A DNA stretch of 64,000 nt from Solirubrobacterales bacterium (lineage in GTDB: Bacteria; Actinomycetota; Thermoleophilia; Solirubrobacterales; 70-9). The stretch spans positions 691-64,690 of the forward strand of contig DATAMR010000007.1 of the NCBI GenBank assembly GCA_036260485.1, in the 5' to 3' direction. A program made the translations under genes and the position numbers. The notes beneath the pieces were generated by a model. That model did not search any database and was not told the DNA's origin. It saw only the letters and a program-made list of their open reading frames with translations. This document shows, in pieces, positions 17,083 to 25,834 of the stretch. Within the stretch, counting starts at the first letter, position 1. Every line of letters begins with the position of its first letter.

Positions 17083-17928
17083 TCAGCGCTCGCAGCTGCG
17101 CGTCGAGTCGACGCCGGCGCCGCCGAGGCAGCGGTCGACGCCGCCGCCCCCGCGCAGGCGATCGGCGCCGCCGCCGCCCTTCAGCACGTCGTTGCCGCCC
17201 GAGCCCTCGAGTAGGTCGGGACCGCCGCGACCGAGCAGGCGATCCGGGCCCGCGCCGGCGAATACGCGGTCGGCCGCGGTGCCGGCACCGACGAAGTCGG
17301 CGCCGGCACCGGCGCAGATCAGGTCCCGTCCGGCGCGGGAGACGATGCGGTCCTTGCCGCCGAAGGCGACGATCACGTCCGGGCCCGGGGTGCCGAGCAA
17401 GACGTCGGCGCCGCCGGTGCCGCTGACGGTTGCGGCGACGCCGCGGCAGGTGGGCGCGCCGAGGACCCGGGTCGAGGCCGTCGCTTTGTTGTTGGCGTTG
17501 TCGGGGTCTTTCTGGTCGCCCTTGACCGACGCCGTGTTGCGGATCGTGCCGGCGACGCGGGGGACGACGACGATCGTCGCGGTCACCTGGGCGCCGCCGT
17601 AGTTGACGCCGACGGGATCGAGGGCGCCGAGGGCGCAGGTGACCTTGCCGCCCTGCACCGCGCAGGCGCCAGCGGGGCTGCTTGCCGAGACGAAGTCGAC
17701 TCCCTTCGGCAGGTTGTCGGTCACGGTCACCCCCGTGGCCGGGGCGGGACCGAGGTTTTCGACCCCGATCGCGTAGGTCAGGTTCGAACCGACCCGGGCG
17801 GGATCGGGGTTGTCGGACTTGGCGATCTTCAGGTTCGCCGAGCCCGAAGGAGCCGCTGACCCTGCGTTCGCGAAGACGGAGGCGAGCAGCAGCGCGGCGA
17901 TCGGCATTGCGATCAGGAGCCTTCTCAT
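17083..17928 (-). CDS. Secreted DUF11-domain protein with C-terminal RTX-like Gly/Asp repeats
   Basis: ATG 17928 (MRRLLIAMPIAALLLASVFANA). A NLTYAIGVENLGPAPATGVTVTDNLPKGV DUF11 block is followed by GGxGxD-like nonapeptides (GGNDVLKGGGGADRLRGGGGVD). Confidence 0.75.
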   Translation of the reverse strand: MRRLLIAMPIAALLLASVFANAGSAAPSGSANLKIAKSDNPDPARVGSNLTYAIGVENLGPAPATGVTVTDNLPKGVDFVSASSPAGACAVQGGKVTCALGALDPVGVNYGGAQVTATIVVVPRVAGTIRNTASVKGDQKDPDNANNKATASTRVLGAPTCRGVAATVSGTGGADVLLGTPGPDVIVAFGGKDRIVSRAGRDLICAGAGADFVGAGTAADRVFAGAGPDRLLGRGGPDLLEGSGGNDVLKGGGGADRLRGGGGVDRCLGGAGVDSTRSCER

Positions 17929-17999
17929 TTCGGTCTTCCTTTCAGTAGCTCTTCCCAACTGAAACGCGCCAGGGAGGCCTGCGTCAGGCCCTGGTATCA

Positions 18000-18026
18000 A
18001 TACCCCCTGGGGGTATCTGCTAGGAT
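18000..18026 (+). promoter_or_regulatory. CsoR/RicR-type operator palindrome plus a -10 box of a probably leaderless promoter
   Basis: 17-bp palindrome ATACCCCC-T-GGGGGTAT (18000-18016). TAGGAT (18021-18026) lies 6 nt before ATG 18033. Confidence 0.5.
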
Positions 18027-18032
18027 CGACCT

Positions 18033-18485
18033 ATGGCTACCGGCAGACGCGAGCTCAACTCCCTTGCCCTGATGGCCACCCTCCACTGCCTCACCGGCTG
18101 CGCGATCGGCGAGGTGGCCGGGATGGCGATCGGAACCGCGATCGGCCTCTCCAACCTCGGCACCGTGGTGCTGGCGATCGTCCTCGCCTTCCTCTTCGGC
18201 TACGGCCTGACCAGCCTGCCGCTGCTGCGCTCGGGGATGGCGCTCGGGGCGGTGGTCCCGATCGCCTTCGCCTCCGACACCCTCAGCATCGCGACGATGG
18301 AGGCGGTCGACACCCTGATCGTCCTGACCATCCCGGGGGCGATGGACGCCGGCCTCGACAGCCTCCTCTTCTGGGGCAGCCTCGCCTTCGCCCTGGTCGT
18401 CGCCGGCCTGGTGGCGCTGCCGGTCAACCGCTGGCTGATCGCCCGCGGCAAGGGCCACGCCGTCATCCACCAGGCCCACGGCTGA
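18033..18485 (+). CDS. DUF4396 membrane protein
   Basis: HCLTGCAIGE motif followed by four hydrophobic segments. Confidence 0.8.
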   Translation: MATGRRELNSLALMATLHCLTGCAIGEVAGMAIGTAIGLSNLGTVVLAIVLAFLFGYGLTSLPLLRSGMALGAVVPIAFASDTLSIATMEAVDTLIVLTIPGAMDAGLDSLLFWGSLAFALVVAGLVALPVNRWLIARGKGHAVIHQAHG

Positions 18486-18488
18486 ACC

Positions 18489-18535
18489 GCGAGACCGCAA
18501 ACGAAGCCGATTATCGCCCTCTATTGCGGTTTCGC
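18489..18535. repeat. Palindromic element copy 2 (arms GCGAGACCGCAAA / ATTGCGGTTTCGC)
   Basis: 47-bp imperfect palindrome in the convergent gap between DUF4396 and phzF. The right arm overlaps the last codons and stop of phzF. Confidence 0.6.
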
Positions 18536-19357
18536 CAGCGAACCGGCGATCACGGTCACGGTGGCGCCGCCGATCCAGATCGCGCCGGCCTCGTCCTGGG
18601 AGACGTGGATGCGGCCGGCGCGGTCGATCGCGGTTCCCTGATGAGCCAGGTAAGGCGCCTCGAGGCGGCCGCTGGCGAGCAGCCACTGGGCGACCGAGGC
18701 GTTGAGGCTGCCGGTGACCGGATCCTCGGCGGCGAGGCCGTTGACCGGAGCCCAGGCCCGGAGCTCGATCGCAGCCGGCGAGCCGGGCGGGTGGAAGCCG
18801 ACGGCGCCGAGGTCGAAGTCGAGCGCGCCGGGCCGCAGCTCCAGCACCCGCTCGGCGCTCTCGAACAGGGCCGCGATCCAGCCGGGGCCGTTGTCGACCC
18901 ACTCGACCGCGAGCATCTCCCCCGGATCGACATCGAGCGCGGCGGCCACTTTCGCCGCGTCCTCCTCCGAAGCCGGCCCCGAGCGGACCAGCGGCGGCGC
19001 CTCGAAGGCGAGGCGCTCCCCCTCGCGCCGGACCCGGATCAGCCCGGCCTCGCACTCCTGGACGATCTCGCCTTCACCGCGGGCCTCACCCCCGGCCTCG
19101 AGCCAGGCATGGCAGGTGCCGAGGGTCGGGTGACCGGCGAAGGGCAGCTCCAGCACCGGCGTGAAGATCCGAACCCGGTAGTCGGCCTCCGCCCGGGTCG
19201 GCGGCAGCACGAAGGTCGTCTCGGCAAGGTTCGTCCAGCGCGCAAACCGCCGCATCTCCTCGTCCGACATCCCCTCCGCGTCGCGCACCACGGCGACCGG
19301 GTTGCCAGAGCACGGCCCGCTGCCGAAGACGTCCACCTGACTGAAGCGCCGGCTCAT
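18521..19357 (-). CDS. PhzF-family isomerase
   Basis: 278 aa. FSQVDVFGSGPCSGNPVAVV at the N-terminus, with a typical PhzF two-domain length. Confidence 0.85.
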   Translation of the reverse strand: MSRRFSQVDVFGSGPCSGNPVAVVRDAEGMSDEEMRRFARWTNLAETTFVLPPTRAEADYRVRIFTPVLELPFAGHPTLGTCHAWLEAGGEARGEGEIVQECEAGLIRVRREGERLAFEAPPLVRSGPASEEDAAKVAAALDVDPGEMLAVEWVDNGPGWIAALFESAERVLELRPGALDFDLGAVGFHPPGSPAAIELRAWAPVNGLAAEDPVTGSLNASVAQWLLASGRLEAPYLAHQGTAIDRAGRIHVSQDEAGAIWIGGATVTVIAGSLAKPQ

Positions 19358-19367
19358 GGCGCGGAGG

Positions 19368-19817
19368 CTACCTCGCGACGTGAAGCTCCAAGGCGTGGAT
19401 CTGGTGCTGGCCGTAAGTGCCGGCCTGGACCGGGCCGGCGGCGCTGATCAGGTCCCCGGGGCCGGGCAGAGGGCGCGGGCGGAGGCCGGCGCGGACGTCG
19501 ATTGCGGTCAGGCCCGGCAGCGTGATCCCCTGCGGGTCGCGGATGACGAAGTGCGCATCGCCGTCCCCGTCCGGATCGACCCGCTCGACGTAGACGATCC
19601 GCCCCACGGTTTCGCGACAGGCGGGATGCCCCGCCGGGCAGTGAGAGGGCTCGACCGTCTCGGCGGCACTCTCTCCCTCGAGACCGCGGAATTCCTCCTT
19701 GGAGGAGGATTTTTGCGGTTTCGGCGTCGTCTCGCTCCCATTGGAGCCTTCATCCCCATCAGCACCGCAGCCGGCGAGGACGGCCAGGGCGAGAAGGGCG
19801 ATGGTCAGCGGGCGCAC
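19368..19817 (-). CDS. Putative lipoprotein
   Basis: GTG start and a LAVLAGC lipobox. A low-complexity linker contains palindromic element copy 3. Confidence 0.6.
   Translation of the reverse strand: MRPLTIALLALAVLAGCGADGDEGSNGSETTPKPQKSSSKEEFRGLEGESAAETVEPSHCPAGHPACRETVGRIVYVERVDPDGDGDAHFVIRDPQGITLPGLTAIDVRAGLRPRPLPGPGDLISAAGPVQAGTYGQHQIHALELHVAR
19679..19723. repeat. Palindromic element copy 3, inside the lipoprotein CDS
   Basis: 45-bp near-palindrome CGAGACCGCGGAATTCCTCC-TTGG-AGGAGGATTTTTGCGGTTTCG. The arms are related to copies 1 and 2. Confidence 0.55.
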
Positions 19818-19845
19818 GCGGTGAATGTAGCCGCGGCGGCTCGCG

Positions 19846-21378
19846 CTACATCCGGTACACGGGCGCGGCGAGGTCCTCCAGCGGCGCCGCGGCGCAGGCG
19901 GCCAGGGCCTGGGCGAGGACCTCGCGGGTGTCGCGGGGGTCGATGACGCCGTCGTCCCAGAGGCGGGCGGTCGAGTAGAGGGGGCGGCCCTGGCGCTCGT
20001 ACTGCTCGCCCAGTTCCTCGGCGGTCTCGGGCTGGCCTACCTCCTTCATCACCGCCGCGGCCATGTCGCCGCCCATCACCGAGATCCGGGCGTTGGGCCA
20101 CATGAAGAGGAAGCGAGGCGAGTAGGCGCGGCCGCACATGCCGTAGTTGCCTGCCCCGAAGGAGCCGCCGACGATCACCGTCAACTTCGGCACCCGCGCG
20201 GTGGAGACGGCGGTGACGAGCTTGGCGCCGTCCTTGGCGATGCCGCCGGCCTCGTACTTGGCGCCGACCATGAAGCCGTTGACGTTCTGGACGAAGACGA
20301 GCGGGATGCGGCGGTGGTCGCAGAGCTCGACGAAGTGGGCGCCCTTCAGGGCGCTCTCGGAGAAGAGGATGCCGTTGTTGGCGACGATCCCTACCGGGTG
20401 GCCGTCGAGGTGGGCGAAGGCGCAGACCAGGGTGCGGCCGTATTTCTCCTTGAACTCGCGCAGCTCGCCGCCGTCGACGACGCGGCGCAGGACCTCGCGC
20501 ACGTCCCAGGGGGCGCGCGAGCCGATCGGGACGACGTCGAGGATCTCCTCGGGATCGCCGGCCGGCGGCCGCGGCTCGATCCGCTCCCAGGGCGGCGCCG
20601 GGGTTGGCGGCAGGGTGGCGACGATCTCGCGCAGGATCTGGAGCGCCTCGGCATCGTCCTCGGCGAGGTGGTCGGCGACGCCGGACTTGCGGGCGTGGAC
20701 GTCGCCGCCGCCGAGCTCCTCGGCGGTCACCTCCTCCCCGGTCGCCGCCTTCACCAGCGGCGGGCCACCGAGGAAGATCGTCCCCTGGTGTCGGACGATC
20801 ACGGTCTCGTCGCTCATCGCCGGCACGTAGGCGCCGCCGGCCGTGCAGGAGCCCATCACCGCCGCCAGCTGCGGGATCTCCCGGGCCGACATCGTCGCCT
20901 GGTTGAAGAAGATGCGGCCGAAGTGCTCGCGGTCGGGGAAGACTTCATCTTGCAGAGGAAGGAAGGCGCCACCGCTATCGACCAGGTAGAGGCAGGGGAG
21001 GCGGTTCTGCAGGGCGACCTCCTGGGCGCGGAGGTGCTTCTTCACCGTGATCGGATAGTAGGTGCCGCCTTTGACCGTGGCGTCGTTGGCGGCGATCACG
21101 CACTTGCGGCCGCTGACCGTCCCGACCCCGGCGACGATCCCCGCCCCCGGCGCCGCGTCGTCGTACATCCCGTGCGCGGCCAGCGGCGAGAGCTCGAGGA
21201 ACGGCGTGCCGGGATCGCAGAGCCCCGCGATCCGTTCCCGCGCGGTCAGCTTGCCGCGGCCGCGGTGGCGCTCGACCGACTTCGGCCCCCCGCCGCCGTG
21301 GACGCGCTCGAGCTCGGCGTTCAGCTCGGCGATCAGCTCCAGGTGCTTCTCGCGCATCCCCTCGGCGACGGCGGTCAT
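19846..21378 (-). CDS. Methylcrotonyl-CoA carboxylase carboxyltransferase (beta) subunit
   Basis: ATG 21378. Long collinear similarity to MCCC2-type proteins ([67 protein letters not shown]). ATGA overlap with the lyase gene. Confidence 0.9.
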   Translation of the reverse strand: MTAVAEGMREKHLELIAELNAELERVHGGGGPKSVERHRGRGKLTARERIAGLCDPGTPFLELSPLAAHGMYDDAAPGAGIVAGVGTVSGRKCVIAANDATVKGGTYYPITVKKHLRAQEVALQNRLPCLYLVDSGGAFLPLQDEVFPDREHFGRIFFNQATMSAREIPQLAAVMGSCTAGGAYVPAMSDETVIVRHQGTIFLGGPPLVKAATGEEVTAEELGGGDVHARKSGVADHLAEDDAEALQILREIVATLPPTPAPPWERIEPRPPAGDPEEILDVVPIGSRAPWDVREVLRRVVDGGELREFKEKYGRTLVCAFAHLDGHPVGIVANNGILFSESALKGAHFVELCDHRRIPLVFVQNVNGFMVGAKYEAGGIAKDGAKLVTAVSTARVPKLTVIVGGSFGAGNYGMCGRAYSPRFLFMWPNARISVMGGDMAAAVMKEVGQPETAEELGEQYERQGRPLYSTARLWDDGVIDPRDTREVLAQALAACAAAPLEDLAAPVYRM

Positions 21379-22319
21379 CGCGGCGGGTTCTCCTTGAAGG
21401 GGTCGCGCTCGTGGTGCCACTCGACCGGGCCGGCGACGAGGGTGTGGGAGAGGAGCGGGCGGCCGAGCACCTCCTGGGCGGCGGCGGCCGCTGCGATCAG
21501 CTCGCCGAGGTCGACGCCGGTCTCGATCCCCATCTCGTGCAGCAGCGAGACCAGGTCCTCGCTGGCGACGTTGCCGGTCGCCCCGGGCGGGAACGGGCAG
21601 CCGCCGAGCTGGCCGAAGCTCGACTCGAAGGAGTCGACCCCGACCTCGAGCGCCGCCAACACGTTGGCCAGCGCCTGGCCGCGGGTGTCGTGGAAGTGGG
21701 CGGTGCGTTCGACCTCCCCCACCTCCTCGGCGGCGCGGCGGAAGAACTCGCCGACCTGGAGCGGGTTGGCCATCCCGGTGGTGTCGCCGAAGCCGATCTC
21801 CACGGCGCCGGCGGCGGCGAGGCGGCGGGCGATCTCGAAGACGCGCTCGACCGGCACGTAGCCCTCGTAGGGGCAGCCGAAGCTGGTGCTGACGACACCC
21901 TCGCAGCGCAGCCCGTCATCGGTCGCACGTGCAAGCACGCGCTCCAACTCCGCCAGCGACTCCTCGACCGAGCGGTTGACGTTGTGGCGGTTGTGGGTCT
22001 CCGAGGCGGAGAGGAAGACGTTGACCTCGTCGATCTTCTCGCGCACCTCGAGCGCCGCCTCCAGCCCGCGCATGTTCGGGACCAGGACCGAGACCGAGAC
22101 CTCGTCGGGGATCTCGGCCTGCTCCAGCACCTCGCGCGCGTCGGCCAACTGTGGGACGACGTCGGCGCGGACGAAGCTCGTCACCTCCAGCCGCCGCACG
22201 CCGGTCCGCGCCAGCATCTCGACCAGCCGCACCTTGTCGGCGGTGGCGATCGTCTCCGGCTCGTTCTGGAAGCCGTCGCGCGGGCCGACCTCGCGGATGC
22301 GGACCGCCTTCGGGATCAC
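21375..22319 (-). CDS. Hydroxymethylglutaryl-CoA lyase
   Basis: GTG 22319 ([20 protein letters not shown]). Also contains DTTGMANP and the [18 protein letters not shown] block. Confidence 0.9.
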   Translation of the reverse strand: MIPKAVRIREVGPRDGFQNEPETIATADKVRLVEMLARTGVRRLEVTSFVRADVVPQLADAREVLEQAEIPDEVSVSVLVPNMRGLEAALEVREKIDEVNVFLSASETHNRHNVNRSVEESLAELERVLARATDDGLRCEGVVSTSFGCPYEGYVPVERVFEIARRLAAAGAVEIGFGDTTGMANPLQVGEFFRRAAEEVGEVERTAHFHDTRGQALANVLAALEVGVDSFESSFGQLGGCPFPPGATGNVASEDLVSLLHEMGIETGVDLGELIAAAAAAQEVLGRPLLSHTLVAGPVEWHHERDPFKENPPR

Positions 22320-22324
22320 GGGAC

Positions 22325-23458
22325 CTAGGCTCCCAGGGCGCGGGCGATGACCATCTGCTGGACCTCGTCGGTGCCCTCGCCGATCGTCAGGATCTTCGCG
22401 TCGCGGTAGAAGCGGCAGACCGGGTACTCCTCGATGTAGCCGTAGCCGCCGTGAATCTGCACCGCCTCCTCGCAGCAGCGGACCGCGAGGCGGCCGCTCT
22501 TCAGCTTCGCTTGGGCCGCGGTGAGGCTGAAGTTCTCGCCCTTGTCCTTCATCCGTGCGGCTTTGTAAACGAGCAGGCGGGTCGCCTCGATCTCGGTCGC
22601 CATGTCGGCGAGCTTGGCCTGGATCGCCTGGAAGCGAGAGATCGCCTGGCCGAAGGCCTGGCGCTCCTTGGCGTAGGCGAGTGCCTCGTCGAGCGCGCCC
22701 TGGGCGAGGCCGACGCCCATCGCGGCGACGCCGATGCGGCCGATGTCCAGCACCTGGAGGAACTGGCGGAAGCCCATCCCACGCGGCCCGAGCAGGTTTT
22801 CCTCGGGGACGCGGCATTCGGTGAAGGTCAGCGGCCGGGTGTCGGAGGCGTTCCAGCCCATCTTCCGGTACGGCTCGCCCTGCTCGTAGCCGGGGGTGCC
22901 GTTGGCGACGATCAGGTTGGAGATCTCGTCCTCGCCGGTACGCGCGGTGATGCTGACCAGGCCGGAGATCTCGGTGCCGGAGTTGGTGATGAACTGCTTG
23001 GCGCCGTCGATCACCCATTCGCCGCCGTCGAGGCGGGCCTTGGTGCGGACGTTGCCGGCATCGGAGCCGGCCTCCGGCTCGGTCAGGCCGAAGGCGCCGA
23101 GCACCTCGCCGGCGCAGAGCCGCGGCATCCACTCGCGTTTCTGCTCCTCGGAGCCGAACAGCCAGATCGGCTGGGTCCCGAGCGAGGTGTGGGCGCAGAG
23201 GGTGATCGCGACCGAGGAGTCGACCCGGGTCAGCTCCTCGACGGCGAGGGCGTAGGCGAGCGAGTCGCCGCCCCCTCCCCCGTACTCCTGCGGAAACGGG
23301 ATCCCCATCAGGCCGAGTTCACCCAGCTTGGCGACGATCTCGTAGGGGAACCGCTTCTCGCGGTCGAGCTCCTCCGCGACCGGGGCCACCTCCTGGGTGG
23401 CGAAGTCGCGGACCGTGCGCTGGATCAGGCGATGCTCGTCGCCGAGGTCGAAGTCCAT
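22325..23458 (-). CDS. Acyl-CoA dehydrogenase (isovaleryl-CoA dehydrogenase-like by context)
   Basis: ATG 23458. FGLTEPEAGSD and YGYIEEYPVCRFYRDAKILTIGEGT motifs are present. Confidence 0.85.
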   Translation of the reverse strand: MDFDLGDEHRLIQRTVRDFATQEVAPVAEELDREKRFPYEIVAKLGELGLMGIPFPQEYGGGGGDSLAYALAVEELTRVDSSVAITLCAHTSLGTQPIWLFGSEEQKREWMPRLCAGEVLGAFGLTEPEAGSDAGNVRTKARLDGGEWVIDGAKQFITNSGTEISGLVSITARTGEDEISNLIVANGTPGYEQGEPYRKMGWNASDTRPLTFTECRVPEENLLGPRGMGFRQFLQVLDIGRIGVAAMGVGLAQGALDEALAYAKERQAFGQAISRFQAIQAKLADMATEIEATRLLVYKAARMKDKGENFSLTAAQAKLKSGRLAVRCCEEAVQIHGGYGYIEEYPVCRFYRDAKILTIGEGTDEVQQMVIARALGA

Positions 23459-23469
23459 CCGCGCAGAAT

Positions 23470-23487
23470 ACCGAATTCCCATTCGGT
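23470..23487. promoter_or_regulatory. Candidate TetR operator in the 48-nt divergent gap
   Basis: Perfect inverted repeat ACCGAAT-tccc-ATTCGGT between the ACAD start (23458) and the TetR start (23507). Confidence 0.5.
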
Positions 23488-23506
23488 TTTTCGCTACCGT
23501 GGGCCG

Positions 23507-24127
23507 ATGCCAGTTCCCTCCCCTCCCACGCGTCCGGCGCTGCGCGCCCGCTACGACGCCCGCCGCCGCGAAGTGGTCGCCACCGCAGCGCGGCTGTTCG
23601 CCGAGCGCGGCTACGACGGGACCTCGATGAGCGAGCTGACCGTGGCGACCGGCCTCGCCGCCGGCGGGCTCTACCACTACATCGAGGGCAAGGACGACCT
23701 GCTGATCGCGATCTGCGACGAGCTGCTGGAGCCGCTGCTGGAGAGGGCGCGGGAGGTCGTCGCCGCCGAGGCGCCGCCGGTCGAGCAGCTGCGCGAGCTG
23801 GTCGGCGCCTGGGTCGCCCACGTCGTCGAGCACCGCCACCACATGCTGGTCTTCACCCAGGAGCGCCAGGCGATCGAGGGCGAGCCGCGCTGGAGCCGCG
23901 TCCGCTCCCAGCGCCAGGCCTTCGAGCGCACCCTCGACGAAGTCCTCGCCCGCGGCGAGGCGGACGGCTCGATGACGTTCGCCGACCGCCGCCTCTCGCT
24001 CCTGGCCCTGCTGGGGATGGTCAACTACACGCCGCAGTGGGTGCGGCCGGACGGACGGCTCTCCCCCGAGGAGATAGCCGCCGGCTACTGCGCGATGGTG
24101 CTCGGCGGAGGAAGATCGGGGCGATGA
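23507..24127 (+). CDS. TetR/AcrR-family transcriptional regulator
   Basis: ATG 23507. HTH block VVATAARLFAERGYDGTSMSELTVATGLAAGGLYHYIEGKDDLL. Confidence 0.9.
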   Translation: MPVPSPPTRPALRARYDARRREVVATAARLFAERGYDGTSMSELTVATGLAAGGLYHYIEGKDDLLIAICDELLEPLLERAREVVAAEAPPVEQLRELVGAWVAHVVEHRHHMLVFTQERQAIEGEPRWSRVRSQRQAFERTLDEVLARGEADGSMTFADRRLSLLALLGMVNYTPQWVRPDGRLSPEEIAAGYCAMVLGGGRSGR

Positions 24128-24606
24128 AGGTGCTGCGGACGATCGGCGTCTACGGGTTCGACCAAGCCGCGTTCCTGCGGTCCCTCGCCGATGCCGGGGT
24201 CGACCTCCTGCTCGACGTGCGGCAGCGGCGCGGAGTGCGCGGCAGCGAGTACGCCTGGGCCAACGCCCAGCGCCTCGAGGCCGCTCTGGCCGGGGCGGGG
24301 ATCGGCTACTCCCACCTCAAGGAGCTGGCCCCGACCACCGAGATGCGCCAGCTCCAGTACGCCGAGGACGCCAGGCTGGGCGAGGGGAAACGCAACCGTT
24401 CCGTCCTCGCCCCGGCCTACGTCGAGCGCTACACCGAGGAGGTTCTCGACCGGGTCGACCTCGATCCGGTCGTGCGCTGGATCGGCGATTCCTCGGCGGC
24501 GCTGCTCTGCGTCGAGCGCGACCCGGAGGCATGCCACCGCTCGCTCATCGCCGCGCGCCTAGGGCGCGACTGGGGCTTTGAGGTCGAGCACCTCCGCCCC
24601 GCCTGA
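24124..24606 (+). CDS. DUF488 protein
   Basis: ATG 24124 with an ATGA overlap with TetR. LLDVRQRR ... LLCVERDPEACHRSLIA matches the DUF488 pattern. Confidence 0.75.
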   Translation: MKVLRTIGVYGFDQAAFLRSLADAGVDLLLDVRQRRGVRGSEYAWANAQRLEAALAGAGIGYSHLKELAPTTEMRQLQYAEDARLGEGKRNRSVLAPAYVERYTEEVLDRVDLDPVVRWIGDSSAALLCVERDPEACHRSLIAARLGRDWGFEVEHLRPA

Positions 24607-24618
24607 CCACGGCGGCAG

Positions 24619-25764
24619 CTACGCGATCGCGCCTTCGGGGGGACCCCCGTCGTGAAGGCGAACCCAACGTTCGAGCAGAGGATCGACGAGGATCGGCTGA
24701 CCGTTGACGCGAACGACCTCCCCGTCGCGGATCAACGCGCTCAGCCCCGATTGCGCCTGTCCCTTGCTGAGGCTGAAGACCCGCAGGGTGCGTTGGTTGA
24801 AGAGCGTCTCGTCGCTCAAGGCCAGAGCCTTGAGGACCCGCCGCTTGTTGCTCGCGCTGGCAACCCCCTGCCAGAAGCCCTCGAAACGCTCCTTGGTCTC
24901 CCGGTCCACGTGGTCCAACGCCTCATCCAAGGTCTGATCGGTCGCTGCCTCGCCCGGGGTGGCGCACTCCCAGAGATGATGTGCGAGCAGCATCGCCCGC
25001 TGGGGGTGCCCCCGCACCAGGTTCAGCAACGGACCGAGAGCCCCGCCCGCGTCCTTGCCGGTCTGTGCGAAGCGGTCAGCGATGTAGTCGCCGAGATCCT
25101 GATCCGCCAGCGGCTCCAGGTACACCGGGCGAGCTTGGTCGAAAAGCGGCTTATCGCGGGTATCGAAGTACTCCTCCAGGAGCGATTGTTCGGACCCGGA
25201 GAAGATGTAGCTCGCCGCGTCTCGATGGAATTGGATCTTGCTGCGGAGGAGCCCGTCGAGGGTTCCCTCGGCCCTGAGGAAATCTTGAAACTCGTCAAAG
25301 ATGACGATCGTCCGCTCGCCACTGGTCTCGAATACAGCGCGAGGAAGGTCGAGGAGATCCGACAGACGCTGCATGGTGTCGCTGCCCCCTGCGTACTCGA
25401 GCTCCCCGCCTACGCCACCGGGGGCGGCCTTCACCCTCCCGCGCCAGCTTCGTCGCATCTTGTCGAGAAGCTTCGCCATGGGCCCCTTCAAAGCGGCACC
25501 GTAAGCCTCCTCGATGCGGCGCGAGACCTCGACCGCGGTGGTCGACAGCAAGAAATCGACGTAGACCGTACGGAAGCCGGCAAGCTCCGCTTCCCGACGC
25601 AGCTTTCCCAGCAAGCTCGTCTTTCCATAGCGACGAGGAGCCTGGAGGCGGGTGTTGTGAGCCCCTTCCGCCAGCTCGAGCAGGTGCCGTAGCTCCTCGT
25701 CGCGACCTACCAGCCCCTCTGGAGGAACCGGATCGTCATAGATGAAGGGGTTGAGTTTGGCCAC
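24619..25764 (-). CDS. AAA-type ATP-binding protein (archaeal-ATPase/COG1672-like) with a C-terminal wHTH-like region
   Basis: GTG start. LVGRDEELRHL...PRRYGKTSLL is a Walker A and IVIFDEFQ a Walker B. GC is visibly lower. Confidence 0.75.
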   Translation of the reverse strand: MAKLNPFIYDDPVPPEGLVGRDEELRHLLELAEGAHNTRLQAPRRYGKTSLLGKLRREAELAGFRTVYVDFLLSTTAVEVSRRIEEAYGAALKGPMAKLLDKMRRSWRGRVKAAPGGVGGELEYAGGSDTMQRLSDLLDLPRAVFETSGERTIVIFDEFQDFLRAEGTLDGLLRSKIQFHRDAASYIFSGSEQSLLEEYFDTRDKPLFDQARPVYLEPLADQDLGDYIADRFAQTGKDAGGALGPLLNLVRGHPQRAMLLAHHLWECATPGEAATDQTLDEALDHVDRETKERFEGFWQGVASASNKRRVLKALALSDETLFNQRTLRVFSLSKGQAQSGLSALIRDGEVVRVNGQPILVDPLLERWVRLHDGGPPEGAIA

Positions 25765-25765
25765 T

Positions 25766-25807
25766 AGTAAAGCTAGACTATACCAGAGAGTATAGATAGA
25801 CTTTACT
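25766..25807. promoter_or_regulatory. AT-rich imperfect inverted repeat immediately upstream of the ATPase gene
   Basis: AGTAAAGCTAGACTATAC-cagaga-GTATAGATAGACTTTACT. 13 of 18 arm positions are complementary and the outer 6 nt of each arm pair perfectly. Confidence 0.35.
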
Positions 25808-25834
25808 ATGCAGTAGAGAAAGGCTTTACCGGGC

